A DNA stretch of 64,000 bases from Bacillota bacterium (GCA_040766985.1 JAXGPL010000014.1:8239-72238), one strand, 5' to 3'; positions 19,064-28,540 are shown, counted from the first letter of the stretch. The notes: generated by a model from the letters alone, not told the origin. Numbers and translations are program-made.

Positions 19064-20239
19064 TCACGACCGATAGGTCTCTTCGGCGGCAGCGACCGCA
19101 GCGCCAGGCTCCGCCTTGAAGCCGTTACGCAAGAGGAGGCTCTCCAGCGCGGACAGGACGAGTATGACATGGCGCCGCTTGGCGCCGTAACCCATCAGCC
19201 CGATGCGCCAGATCTTGCCCTTGCCCTCGCCGAGGCCGCCGCCGATTTCAATGCCGAACTCTTCGAGCAAAGACCCGCGGATCTTGGCGTCGTTGATGCC
19301 CTCCGGGATGACGATCGAAGTGAGAGGAGGGAGCATCACATCATCGGCCGCGAACAGCTTAAGCCCCATCGCGCGCAGGCCGGCGCGCAGGGCGATAGCG
19401 TTTTGACGTTGGCGGGCCCACCGGTTCTCGAGCCATTCCTAGTTGGCCAGCCGCAAAGCCTCGTAGATGCAGTAGACCATGTTGACCGGCGCGGTGTGGT
19501 GGTACGCCCGGGGGTTGCCGGTCCAGTACTTCTCGATCAGGGTCAGGTCAAGGTACCAACTGCGGGTCTCGGTCTTGCGGGCGGCGAGCTTGGCGCGGGC
19601 GCGCGGCCCCATCGTCAACGGGGCGAGACCCGGCAGGGCGCCGACGCACTTCTGCGACCCCGAGTAGCAGATGTCGATGCCCCACTTGTCGACCTCCAGT
19701 TGGCAGCCGCCCAGCGAGGTAACGGCATCGGCCAGCAAGACGCAATCGTACTCCCTGGCCATTCGGCTGATCTCCGCGACGGGCTGGAGGACTCCGGTGG
19801 AGGTCTCCGCGTGGACAAAGGCAAGTACCTGGGGCCTGACACGCTTCACGGTCTGCTCCAGTTCACCCGTGTCCACCACGCCTCCCCACGGGAAACGGAC
19901 TGCGGTGACGTCGCCGTCCGCGCGCTCGGCCATGGTCACGATGCGCTCGCCGAAGTACCCCATTACTGCGACGACGACTCGGTCGCCGGGCTCGACGGTG
20001 TTGAACACCGCGGCCTCCATGCCGGCCATGCCCGTGCCGGGAACGACGATGGTCAGCTCGTTATCGGTCCGGAAGGTCCGCCGTAGGAGGTCCATTGTGG
20101 CGTCCATGATCCCGATGAACTCCGGATCAAGGTACCCCAGAACGCCAAGCGAGGCCGCCCGGAGGACCTCGGGGTCGACGCTGGCCGGTCCCGGACCCAA
20201 AAGGAGTTTGTCGGTCGATCGAAGAGGTTTGACGGTCAA
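19064..20239 (-). pseudogene. Class V aminotransferase (alanine-glyoxylate / serine-pyruvate type) with one in-frame TAG
   Basis: Fragments 19439-20239 and 19064-19369 are in the same frame (870 nt apart). The translation reads ...YEALRLAN-TAG-EWLENRWARQRQNAIALRAGLRAMGLKLF... across the stop at 19439-19441. Confidence 0.8.
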
Positions 20240-20348
20240 GTTGTTTCCGCTCCTTTATCAAGGCATGTCGCCTTACTTACTCCGTTACCCCAGGTTTCCC
20301 TGTCGTACCCGCCCGGGGGTATTTCCGCCCTCCGTGGAGAACGGTACA

Positions 20349-22253
20349 ATGGTCAACCATAGCATGCAGGGAGGCTCGACTCTGGAAGCTATTCTTGCTA
20401 CCGATGTCGGTAGCACAACCACCAAAGCCATCCTGCTCGAACGGCACACCTCCGGTTGGCGCCTATCCGCGCGCGAAGAGGCGCCGACGACAGTTGAAAC
20501 CCCATACGAAGACGTCACCGTGGGCGTGCGGCAGGCGGTAGCGCGGCTTGAGCGGGTTTCCGGGCGCAGGATCCTCGTGGACGGCGCGGTCGTCGCCCCG
20601 CGGCGCGGGGACGCCGGAGTCGATCTGTACATCGGCACCAGCAGCGCCGGCGGCGGCCTGCAGATGGTCGCCGCGGGATTGATCAGAGTATACAGCGCGG
20701 CCAGCGCGCAGCGCGCGGCCCTGGGAGCGGGGGCCATCGTCAGCCGCACCATGACAATCACCGACGCAAGGGTGGCTGCGGAGGCCGTGGACCTGATCCG
20801 GCGGCTCCGCCCGGACATCGTCCTGCTATGCGGCGGTACCGACCAGGGCAACGTTTCGGGCGTTCTCAGCGTCGCCGAATACCTTGCGGTCGCCGACCCG
20901 CGTCCGCGCGTCGGCGGCGGGAGGCTGCCGGTAGTCTTCGCCGGCAATCCCGCTGCCCAGCCCGAGATCAAGCGGCTTCTTGGGGAGCGGTTCTCGGTGT
21001 CCTTCGTTCCCAACGTCCGGCCGGATGTCGAGGTCGAACGCCTCGAGCCGGCCCGTGACGAGGTGCACCGCGTCTTCCTCGAACACGTGATGTCGAGGGC
21101 GCCGGGATACGACAAGCTGCTGGCCTGGTCCGCGCGGCGGCTGGAGCCAACGCCGAGCGCGGTGGGCACGATGATGCGGCTGTTCGCGGCTGCCCGCGGC
21201 AAGGACTTGCTTGGGATCGATATCGGCGGGGCCACCACCGACGTCTTCACGGTCGTGGGCGGCGAGTTCACGCGCAGCGTAAGCGCCAACATGGGCCTTT
21301 CGTACAGCGCCGGCAACGTTCTGCAGCATGCGGGGCTCGCGGATGTCTGCCGCTGGCTGCCGTTCGATGCTTCGGAGGATGAGGTCCTCAACTCCGTCTA
21401 CAACAAGATGATCAGGCCCACGACCCTGCCGGAAACCATCGGAGAGTTGATGCTCGAGCACGCGCTTGCGCGGGAGGCCATCCGCCTCTCCGCGACGCAC
21501 CACCTCGAGTTCATGGGCCGGGGGAGCCCACGGCGGGAACGCGGGACGCTGAAGTCCCTGTTCAGTCCACTTCGTGCCGGCGCAGGTCTGAAGCCGGAGA
21601 TGATCATCGGCAGCGGCGGCCCGCTGTGCCACGCCCCGCGCCGTTCGCAGGCGGCGATGGTAATGCTCGATTCCGTGGCGCCGGCCGGTGTAGTCGAACT
21701 CTACGTCGACAGCGTCTTTATGCTGCCTCACCTGGGCGTGCTCGCGGCGCTCCAGCCGGAGATCGCAGTCGAGGTATTTGAGCGCGATTGCCTCGTCAGC
21801 CTGGGTACGGCTTTCGTCGCCGACCTGCCGCGCTGGGCGACCGGAGGCCGGGTCGTGGGGGAGGCGCGGGTGGTTCTTGAGACTCCGCCGGAAGCGCCCC
21901 CGCAGCATGCGGGTTCGGTTGTCGAGGTCACGTTGCGCGCCGGGGCGCTCGTGAGGGTGCCTCTGCCCGCCGGGTCCAGGGCCAAGGTGGAGATATTCCC
22001 TCGCGGACGCGTTGACTTCGGCCGCGGGGCGGGCCGCCTGCAGGCGCAGCAGGTGGCGGGCGGCGAGGTCGGTATCATCTTCGATTTGCGCGGCAGACCG
22101 CTGCGGCTCGCGGCGGGGGTGCCGCAGCGGACGAGGCAACTCAGCGAGTGGTTCGCCGGATTTGCCGCGTACCCGGGCTTTGGTGACGACCGGCGGCCGG
22201 CGGACGAATTCGATCTCCTGCTCCGTCGAGCGAGCCTCGGCACGGGGGGGTAG
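20349..22253 (+). CDS. GlmL/MutL-family (glutamate mutase L-like) ASKHA ATPase with a C-terminal extension
   Basis: A GGAG RBS precedes ATG 20349; the longer ORF from 19671 is antisense overlap. ATDVGSTTTKAILLE, TSSAGGGLQMVAAG...SAQRAALGAGA and GIDIGGATTDVF are the family signatures. The protein is about 634 aa, against roughly 460 for typical members (from memory). Confidence 0.65.
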   Translation: MVNHSMQGGSTLEAILATDVGSTTTKAILLERHTSGWRLSAREEAPTTVETPYEDVTVGVRQAVARLERVSGRRILVDGAVVAPRRGDAGVDLYIGTSSAGGGLQMVAAGLIRVYSAASAQRAALGAGAIVSRTMTITDARVAAEAVDLIRRLRPDIVLLCGGTDQGNVSGVLSVAEYLAVADPRPRVGGGRLPVVFAGNPAAQPEIKRLLGERFSVSFVPNVRPDVEVERLEPARDEVHRVFLEHVMSRAPGYDKLLAWSARRLEPTPSAVGTMMRLFAAARGKDLLGIDIGGATTDVFTVVGGEFTRSVSANMGLSYSAGNVLQHAGLADVCRWLPFDASEDEVLNSVYNKMIRPTTLPETIGELMLEHALAREAIRLSATHHLEFMGRGSPRRERGTLKSLFSPLRAGAGLKPEMIIGSGGPLCHAPRRSQAAMVMLDSVAPAGVVELYVDSVFMLPHLGVLAALQPEIAVEVFERDCLVSLGTAFVADLPRWATGGRVVGEARVVLETPPEAPPQHAGSVVEVTLRAGALVRVPLPAGSRAKVEIFPRGRVDFGRGAGRLQAQQVAGGEVGIIFDLRGRPLRLAAGVPQRTRQLSEWFAGFAAYPGFGDDRRPADEFDLLLRRASLGTGG

Positions 22254-22258
22254 CGCGT

Positions 22259-23764
22259 ATGCTTAACATTCCCGGCCGGGCAGCCCTCTCAGGGATCCAG
22301 TCCGGTGCGCCCACAAGGGCCGGCCCCCGGCTCCTGCTCAACGTGCCGTTGCGTCTTGAGCGCAGGCTTCCCCTCCCCGGAGCGGTCGAGGTCCATCAGG
22401 GGCAGGAGGTCGCGCCGGAAACCGTCCTGGCGACAGCCCCTAACACGCCGTCGCGTCTGGCGGTCATCGAGCTCACGCAGGTATTCGAACGCCAACTGAC
22501 ACCCGAAGAGGTGCACCAAGCGGTAATCGTCCAACCCGGCCAGCCGGTCCACGCGGGGCAGATAGTCGCGCGGACGCCACGGCAGGGATGGTTCGAACGC
22601 GATCAAGACCTCAGGGCGAACTCCCCGGTGACCGGGATCGTCGAGTTTGTCTCCGTGGGCCGCGGCCAGATCGTCATCCGCACCAACACGGAAATGCAGC
22701 AAGAGCGGTTAGCGCTGCCCGTGGCGAGCTACCTGTCCATTGAGCCGTCCGAACTGCCGGAAGTGGCCGTCTGCCGCCCCGGCGAGCAGGTTGAAGCGGG
22801 CGACCCGCTCGCCAGGATGGGCGGGTTCCGTCCCATCAGCGGCGACTACCGCAGCCCCGTGAGCGGGATCGTTGAATCCGTGTCACCTTTGACCGGCATG
22901 ATCACGATCGTCCGTGAACGCAAGCCCCTAGTCCTGCGCTCGACGCTGCAGGGCTGGGTCGAGCGCGTGCATCCCGGATACGGCGCGCTGATAGGCTCGT
23001 TCGGGCACAAAGTCCTCGGCGTCCTGGGGCTTGGGGGCAAGTCCTGGGGGAGGCTCGTCCCGGTGGCCGAGCTGATGCCTGCGAATCGCGGGCCGATCCG
23101 TGCCCTCACTGCCAAGGACGTTCTGCCGGACCACGCGGGCTGCGTCTTGACGGTCCCAGGTCCCGTCGACTACGAAGCCCTCTGTGCCTGTCGCAACCGG
23201 GGGGTGCGCGGGATCGTCGCCGCTTCAACCAGCGCCCGCGAGCTTGGGGAGTTCCTGGGCAGGCCTCTTGCCGCGGAGATCGTTACGGGACCAGGTGTGC
23301 TGGCCCTGAGCGAGGAGGATCGTGACGTTACGGCGAGCGGCGACGGCACGGCGAACGCCCTGACGGTGATCATCACCGAGGGCTTCGGCCGCCTGACGAT
23401 GGAAGAGGAGACCTGGCTTGTACTTTCGGGACATGCCGGCACGATGGTCTCGCTTGACGGGCTTACCCAGATCCGGGCGGGCGTGGTGCGGCCTTCGGTA
23501 TTCATACCCCTCGGCGGAGGCCCCCGATCCGGTCTGAACTCGCAACCGGTGCAGGGGTCCCGCGACGAGGCAGTGCCCCCTGCGTTGGCTGCGGGGCAAC
23601 GGGTCAGGATCGTGCGGCATCCCTATTTCGGCCTGCGCGGAGTCGTCGTCGAACCCCCTGGAGGGCTCGAGCGCCTCGAAACCGAGGTTGAGGCCAGGGT
23701 CTTGATGGTGCAACTCGACGATGGGCGGCGTGTCCGGGTGGCTGAAGCAAACATCGAGTTCTAG
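22259..23764 (+). CDS. Hypothetical protein with repeated lipoyl/hybrid-barrel-like segments and a KOW-like C-terminus
   Basis: Intact 501-aa ORF starting 5 nt after the stop of the GlmL-like gene. It has repeated PVxGIVExV motifs (SPVTGIVEFVS, SPVSGIVESVS) and GxxVxxGxxLA segments. The C-terminus reads GQRVRIVRHPYFGLRGVVVE...VQLDDGRRVRV. I recognise no family. Confidence 0.55.
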   Translation: MLNIPGRAALSGIQSGAPTRAGPRLLLNVPLRLERRLPLPGAVEVHQGQEVAPETVLATAPNTPSRLAVIELTQVFERQLTPEEVHQAVIVQPGQPVHAGQIVARTPRQGWFERDQDLRANSPVTGIVEFVSVGRGQIVIRTNTEMQQERLALPVASYLSIEPSELPEVAVCRPGEQVEAGDPLARMGGFRPISGDYRSPVSGIVESVSPLTGMITIVRERKPLVLRSTLQGWVERVHPGYGALIGSFGHKVLGVLGLGGKSWGRLVPVAELMPANRGPIRALTAKDVLPDHAGCVLTVPGPVDYEALCACRNRGVRGIVAASTSARELGEFLGRPLAAEIVTGPGVLALSEEDRDVTASGDGTANALTVIITEGFGRLTMEEETWLVLSGHAGTMVSLDGLTQIRAGVVRPSVFIPLGGGPRSGLNSQPVQGSRDEAVPPALAAGQRVRIVRHPYFGLRGVVVEPPGGLERLETEVEARVLMVQLDDGRRVRVAEANIEF

Positions 23765-23855
23765 CCTCGGTGGTCCACACCGGCGGCCCCTTTTCCGCAA
23801 CACTCTGCTTGGGTGATCGGTTTCGCGATTCCTAGTGAAGCATATTGACAACCTT

Positions 23856-23864
23856 TGATACAAT
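23856..23864 (+). promoter_or_regulatory. Candidate extended -10 promoter upstream of trxB
   Basis: TGaTACAAT at 23856-23864. The nearby TTGACA (23845-23850) is only 8 nt away, so it is not a usable -35. Confidence 0.3.
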
Positions 23865-23933
23865 GTCCCTCAGAGGCGAGGTGCGGGGGCAGCCTTGCGT
23901 GGGGGAATACTTGGCTCGCGGGAGGTCTGGCGG

Positions 23934-24902
23934 ATGGATTCAGATATACGCGACCTGGCGATCATCGGCGCGGGGCCGGCGGGGCTTGCCGCCGCGATAT
24001 ACGCCGGGCGCGCCAGGCTTGACACGGTGGTGCTCGAAAAGCAGTACCCCGGCGGTCAGGCGTTCAACACGCACCACATCGACAATTACCCCGGGTTTCC
24101 AGAGGGTATCGGCGGCCCTGACCTGGCCGAAAAGATGGCGGCGCAGGCCCGGACCCACGGAGCAGAGTTCCAGTCGGCCGAGGTCACTGGCGTCAGGTTG
24201 GCCGGCCACCCCAAGGTCATTACGACCAGCGGCAGTGAGATCAGGGCGCACACCGTGATCGTCGCAACCGGGGCGGCGCCCCGCAAGCTGGGTGTGCCTG
24301 GCGAGCAGGAGTTCGCGGGCAGGGGAGTTTCGTATTGCGCGACCTGTGACGGTCCGTTCTTCAGAAACCGGGTGGTCGCCGTCGTCGGCGGCGGCGATGC
24401 GGCATTGACCGAAGCTCTGTTCCTGTCCCGGCTCGCACGTGAGGTGATCATCATCCACCGGCGCAACCAGCTCCGGGCAGTCAAGGCGTTACAGGAGCAG
24501 GTGGCGGCTGATCCGAGGATCAGGCTGGTCACGCCAGCCGTCGTGAAGGCTATCGAGGGCGGGGCAGATGTGGTCGAACGCTTGGTCCTTGCCGCCGCCC
24601 CGGGAGACGGGCCGCAGGCGTCTGGAGGCCGTGACGCAGCGGTGCCAAGTCAGGTCGGTGTGGACGGCGTCTTCATCTACGTCGGCAACGACCCTGCAAC
24701 CGGCTTTGCACGGGGCCAGCTCGAGCTCGACGACTATGGGTACATCATGGCCGGTGAGGACCTGGACACATCGCAGGATGGGGTCTTTGCGGCCGGAGAT
24801 GTCAGGCACAAAGGCCTCCGGCAGATCGTGACAGCGGCCGGAGACGGCGCGGTGGCTGCCATGAGTTGCGAAAGATGGCTTGCGCATCGCAGGCTGATAT
24901 GA
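23934..24902 (+). CDS. trxB: Thioredoxin-disulfide reductase
   Basis: A GGGAGG RBS precedes ATG 23934. DLAIIGAGPAGLAAAIYAGRA (FAD), the redox-active CATCDG, VVGGGDAALTEALFL (NADPH) and GVFAAGDV are present. Confidence 0.9.
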   Translation: MDSDIRDLAIIGAGPAGLAAAIYAGRARLDTVVLEKQYPGGQAFNTHHIDNYPGFPEGIGGPDLAEKMAAQARTHGAEFQSAEVTGVRLAGHPKVITTSGSEIRAHTVIVATGAAPRKLGVPGEQEFAGRGVSYCATCDGPFFRNRVVAVVGGGDAALTEALFLSRLAREVIIIHRRNQLRAVKALQEQVAADPRIRLVTPAVVKAIEGGADVVERLVLAAAPGDGPQASGGRDAAVPSQVGVDGVFIYVGNDPATGFARGQLELDDYGYIMAGEDLDTSQDGVFAAGDVRHKGLRQIVTAAGDGAVAAMSCERWLAHRRLI

Positions 24903-24980
24903 TGGATTAATGCTATTAGGTACCAATCGTTTTGAAACACACGGGGGGCGGAGGGGTCCCCGGACGAAGGAGAGATACGG

Positions 24981-25307
24981 ATGGCAGAAAACGCGCTGAC
25001 GGTGACGGATGCCAACTTTCAAGCCGAAGTGCTTGACAGCACCATCCCTGTGTTGGTCGATTTTTGGGCGTCGTGGTGCGGACCGTGCCGCATGGTTGCG
25101 CCGATCGTCGAGGAACTGGCAAGCGAATACCAAGGCCGCCTTAAAGTCGGCAAGCTCAACGTCGACGAGAACCATGACACTGCGCAGAATTATGGTATAA
25201 TGAGCATCCCGACGCTGCTGCTTTTCAAAGACGGCAAGCCTGTGCAGCGCATGGTCGGGGCCATGCCCAAGGCTGAGTTTAAGAAGCAGATCGACAAGGC
25301 GCTGTAG
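24981..25307 (+). CDS. trxA: Thioredoxin
   Basis: 108 aa with the WCGPC active site in [18 protein letters not shown]. An AAGGAG RBS is present. Confidence 0.92.
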   Translation: MAENALTVTDANFQAEVLDSTIPVLVDFWASWCGPCRMVAPIVEELASEYQGRLKVGKLNVDENHDTAQNYGIMSIPTLLLFKDGKPVQRMVGAMPKAEFKKQIDKAL

Positions 25308-25351
25308 GCAGCGGCGACGAGTTCCGGTCCGATACGCCGGGACTCCGGTTC

Positions 25352-25448
25352 GGGGGCAGATAGGTCCCGGTGGGCCTCCTGGACTTCAAATCCAGTGGCG
25401 GGCGGCGGTCCCGTCCGCGGTGGGTTCGATTCCCACATGCCCCCGCCA
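25352..25448 (+). tRNA. selC: tRNA-Sec (anticodon UCA)
   Basis: Folded by hand. The acceptor is GGGGGCA(G)/(A)UGCCCCC plus G-CCA. There is a 6-bp D-stem AGGUCC/GGGCCU with a 4-nt loop. The anticodon arm is CUGGA-CUUCAAA-UCCAG (UCA). A long GC-rich variable arm and a T-arm GUGGG-UUCGAUU-CCCAC complete the fold. It sits directly upstream of selB. Confidence 0.9.
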
Positions 25449-25517
25449 TCTCGGCTCCGTTTGACAACGCCGGCGCGTCGGCCGGCTGCCCAATCGCGCG
25501 TAAGAGGGGATCAGCCC

Positions 25518-27554
25518 GTGCCTGACCGCGCTCCCGGTACCGCAATCCCGCAGCCAGAGCAGGTTCGCCGCAAGCACATCGTCATCGGTACGGCCGGTCA
25601 CGTGGACCACGGCAAGACCACGCTGGTCAAGGCCCTGACCGGGGTGGACACCGACCGGCTGCCCGAGGAGAAGCTCCGTGAGATGACCATCGACCTCGGC
25701 TTCGCGCAGATTGAGCTGCCCAGCGGGCGTACCGCGTCTATTGTCGATGTTCCCGGCCACGAGCGTTTCGTCGGCAACATGCTGGCCGGCGCCACGGGCA
25801 TCGACCTGGTGCTGTTCGTGGTCGCGGCCGACGAAGGCGTAATGCCCCAGACTACCGAGCACCTGGACATCCTGACCCTGCTCGGTATTCAAACGGGGAT
25901 CGTTGTCCTGACCAAGGCCGACCTCGTTGACGATGAGTGGCTGGACGCGGTCCGGGACGAATTGGCGGAAACCGCCGCCGGCACGTTCCTGGCTGGTGCG
26001 CCCTCGGCCGCCGTCTCCTCGCGGACGGGGCAGGGGATCGCCGGCCTGCGCAGCCTGATCGATGAGGTCCTCGACACGGTGCCCGGCAAAGGGGCTTCGG
26101 GCCCGGCGCGCGTTCCGGTGGACCGGGTCTTCACCGTCCCCGGCTTTGGGACTGTGGTCACCGGCACAATGGTCTCGGGTTCCGTGGGAGCGGGCGACTA
26201 CCTGGAACTGCTTCCGAGCGGCATCAAGGTCCGCGTCCGGTCGCTGCAGGTCCACGGCGAAGCCCGGGACAGGGCGTTCGCCGGCGAGCGTGTCGCCCTC
26301 AATCTTGCCGGGCTCGAACGCGCGGACGTCAAGCGGGGCGAAGTCCTTGCGGCGCCGGGATTGTTCGTCCCCACGCAACGGTTCGAAGGGCTTTTCCGGT
26401 ATACCGACAGAGTTCACCGCGAGTTCAGGACGCGCACGCGCGTCCACCTGCACGTAGGCACGGCGGAGGTTGTCGGCAGGCTGCTTCTGCTCGAAGCGGA
26501 CGTAGTTGAGACCGGCTCGGAAACCCTCGTGCAGTTCCACAGCGAATCGCCGCTCGTGGTCGGTCCCAAAGACCGGTTTATCGTCCGGTCGTATTCGCCC
26601 CGCAGGACCATCGGCGGCGGCCTGGTCATCGACGCAGCGCCGCCGTTTCGCCGTTCTCGGCCCAGGCCATCGCGCGGCAGCCTTGACCGCCGCGTTGCGT
26701 CTTGCCCTCCAGGGGACGCCCCAGGAACTGGTCCGGCAACGTCCTCGAACGAGCGGCGGCACCGCTGGATTCGGCGGAGGTCGCGTCACGGGCGCAGGCC
26801 GAATACGGCCTCGCCGCCACGGAAGCCGATCGGGCGCTGAAAGCTCTGGTTGAGCGGGGTGACGCAGTCACAACGGCCGGTGAGCCGTTTTACATGAGTG
26901 CGCGTATCCTGGCGGAGGCTGCTTCGCGGACAGTTGCCTGGCTCGAGGACTATCACCGGCGGTTTCCGCCCGGGCCGGCCCGGCCAAGGACGAACTCCGC
27001 CTGGCGACGGCCCCCGACGTTCCGCCCCGCCGCTATCCATCTCTGTTTGGCCTGATCGCGGGGCAGGGAGCAATAGTGACGGAGGGCGAGCGGGTCCGGC
27101 TGTCGGGCTTCGCAGTCCGTCTCGACACCGAGCAGCAGGCCATGGCGCAGCACATTGAGCGGGCCTACGCCGACGCGGGAGCTTCACCGCCCGAGCCCGC
27201 CGCCGTGCTGGCATCCGCGGCCGCCGCTCTGCCCGCGCCCGGGCGCCGCAGCGGCCCGGTGCGACCGCAGCCCAAGGAACACTCTTTGACCAGGTATTCG
27301 AGTATCTTGTTGGGAGAGGGGTTCTCGTTCGGGTCACCGAAGGCCAGTACTTCCACCGGGAGGCGCTGGCCGCGATCGCAGACCAACTTGCCAGGCGCCT
27401 GCGCGAGGAGGGGCCGGTTTCGGTCAGCGACTTCCGGCAACTGATCGGTACGACCCGCAAATATGCCGTGCCTTTGTTGGAGTTCTTCGACGCGGCCGGT
27501 GTGACCAAGCGGCAGGGCGATGCCCGCATAGCCGGGCCCGCGCTGCCCCAGTGA
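25518..27554 (+). CDS. selB: Selenocysteine-specific translation elongation factor SelB; three frameshifts and a repeat-generated early stop in this assembly
   Basis: The G domain has [22 protein letters not shown] and TKADL. Domains II-III are in the frame of 25395-26840. The winged-helix region continues in 26702-27055, then 27076-27444, then a third frame. It ends ...[35 protein letters not shown] (27552-27554). The GTG 25518 start is tentative. Confidence 0.85.
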
Positions 27555-27693
27555 CCAAATGGCAGGGCGATGCCCGGCAGCCGGCCCGCGCTGCCCCAGT
27601 GACCAAATGGCAGGGCGATGCCCGCATAGCCGGGCCCGCGCTGCCCCAGTGACCAAATGGCAGGGCGATGCCCGCATAGCCGGGCCCGCGTTG
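27501..27693. repeat. Four-copy ~50-bp tandem repeat at the selB 3' end
   Basis: Units begin with GTGACCAA at 27501, 27551, 27599 and 27649 (lengths 50, 48, 50, then a partial unit that diverges at about 27690). Confidence 0.9.
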
Positions 27694-27799
27694 CCGGAAG
27701 CCCTGGAGGAACGGCTCGATGTGTCGACCGTGCCACCGGGCAGTAAGGAGAAGATGACGTGACGAGTACCGGCAAAGGCAGCCGGCGATTCGAGCCGGG

Positions 27800-28457
27800 G
27801 TGACCCTTGACAGACTAAAACGCGACCCCGAAGTGCAGGCCCTGATGGCCGGCGGCGATCAACTGCTCGCGGCCATGGGCTACACTGAGCACGGGACGAG
27901 GCATGCAAGCTGGGTTTCGTCCGTGAGCTAGCAACGTTCTCTGCCGCCTCAGTTTTCCCGAACGCGAAGCCGAGCTGGCAGGCATCGCTGGCTTTCTGCA
28001 CGATATCGGCAATGTCGCCGGCCGGCACCAACACGAGCAGACCGGAGCTCTTCTCGCCCGCGATGTCCTCCTGCGGCTGGGCATGCCGTACTCCGAGATC
28101 GGTATGGTCATGGGAGCCATCGGCAACCACGAGGAAGGGGTCGGCCAGATCGTCAGCAATGTGGGTGCTGCGCTCGTGCTGGCGGACAAGTCCGACGTTC
28201 ACCGTACACGTGTTCGTAACCCCGAGATCGCGGCATTCGATATCCACGACCGCGTCAACTACGCGGTGGAGCACTCGTTCCTGAGGGTCGACGACAGCCG
28301 CAAGGCATTAACCCTTGAACTGACCATCGACACCAAGATCTCGCCGATGATGGACTACTTTGAGATTTTCCTCAGCCGGATGATGCTATGTCGGCGCGCG
28401 GCAAGCTTCCTGGGCGCCAGGTTCGAACTGGAGATCAACGGCACGCGCCTGCTCTAG
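27800..28457 (+). CDS. HD-domain phosphohydrolase-like protein; one frameshift in this assembly
   Basis: GTG 27800 gives VTLDRLKRDPEVQALMAGGDQLLAAMGYTEHGTRHASWV. A 1-nt insertion near 27927 is then needed to continue as ASNVLCRLSFPEREAELAGIAGFLHDIGN...GAIGNHEE...LADKSDV (ORF 28083-28457 is the tail). Confidence 0.6.
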
Positions 28458-28540
28458 ACCGGCAGGATGTGGCAACCGACGTGATGCACGCCGGGGATGC
28501 AAAACCGAGCGATGCAACCGTGCGACGCCACCTTTATCCC

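Noticed and set aside
19439-19441. In-frame TAG as pyrrolysine
   Set aside because: There are no pyl genes or methylamine methyltransferase context in the window. The flanking codons suggest simple G-to-T substitutions at a position that is Glu in homologs.
19671-20348. N-terminal 226 codons of the 860-aa track ORF (19671-22253)
   Set aside because: This part is antisense to the well-supported aminotransferase gene and has low-complexity Ser/Thr/Pro content. The GlmL-family motifs begin right after ATG 20349, which has its own RBS.
20285-22139. Long antisense ORFs (20285-21391, 20826-22139). Similar ones lie at 25386-26789, 31596-32993, 32987-34684, 38533-39999, 41167-42093 and 57612-58511
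   Set aside because: They are typical shadow ORFs of a ~70 % GC genome: Arg/Pro/Gly/Ala-rich with no recognisable motifs. Each lies opposite a gene with strong family signatures (GlmL-like, selB, ChlI-like/vWA, relA, M14 peptidase, alaS).
23845-24258. 137-aa ORF starting at the TTGACA/TACAAT region upstream of trxB
   Set aside because: It overlaps trxB out of frame and has no motifs. The trxB frame carries the FAD, NADPH and CATC signatures.
27552-27629. Selenocysteine read-through of the selB TGA stops created by the tandem repeat
   Set aside because: Read-through would add only PNGRAMPGSRPALPQ-U-PNGRAMPA and then hit TAG at 27627-27629. This is not protein-like and not in frame with the ancestral C-terminus. 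The UGA-hairpin geometry is kept only as a regulatory speculation.
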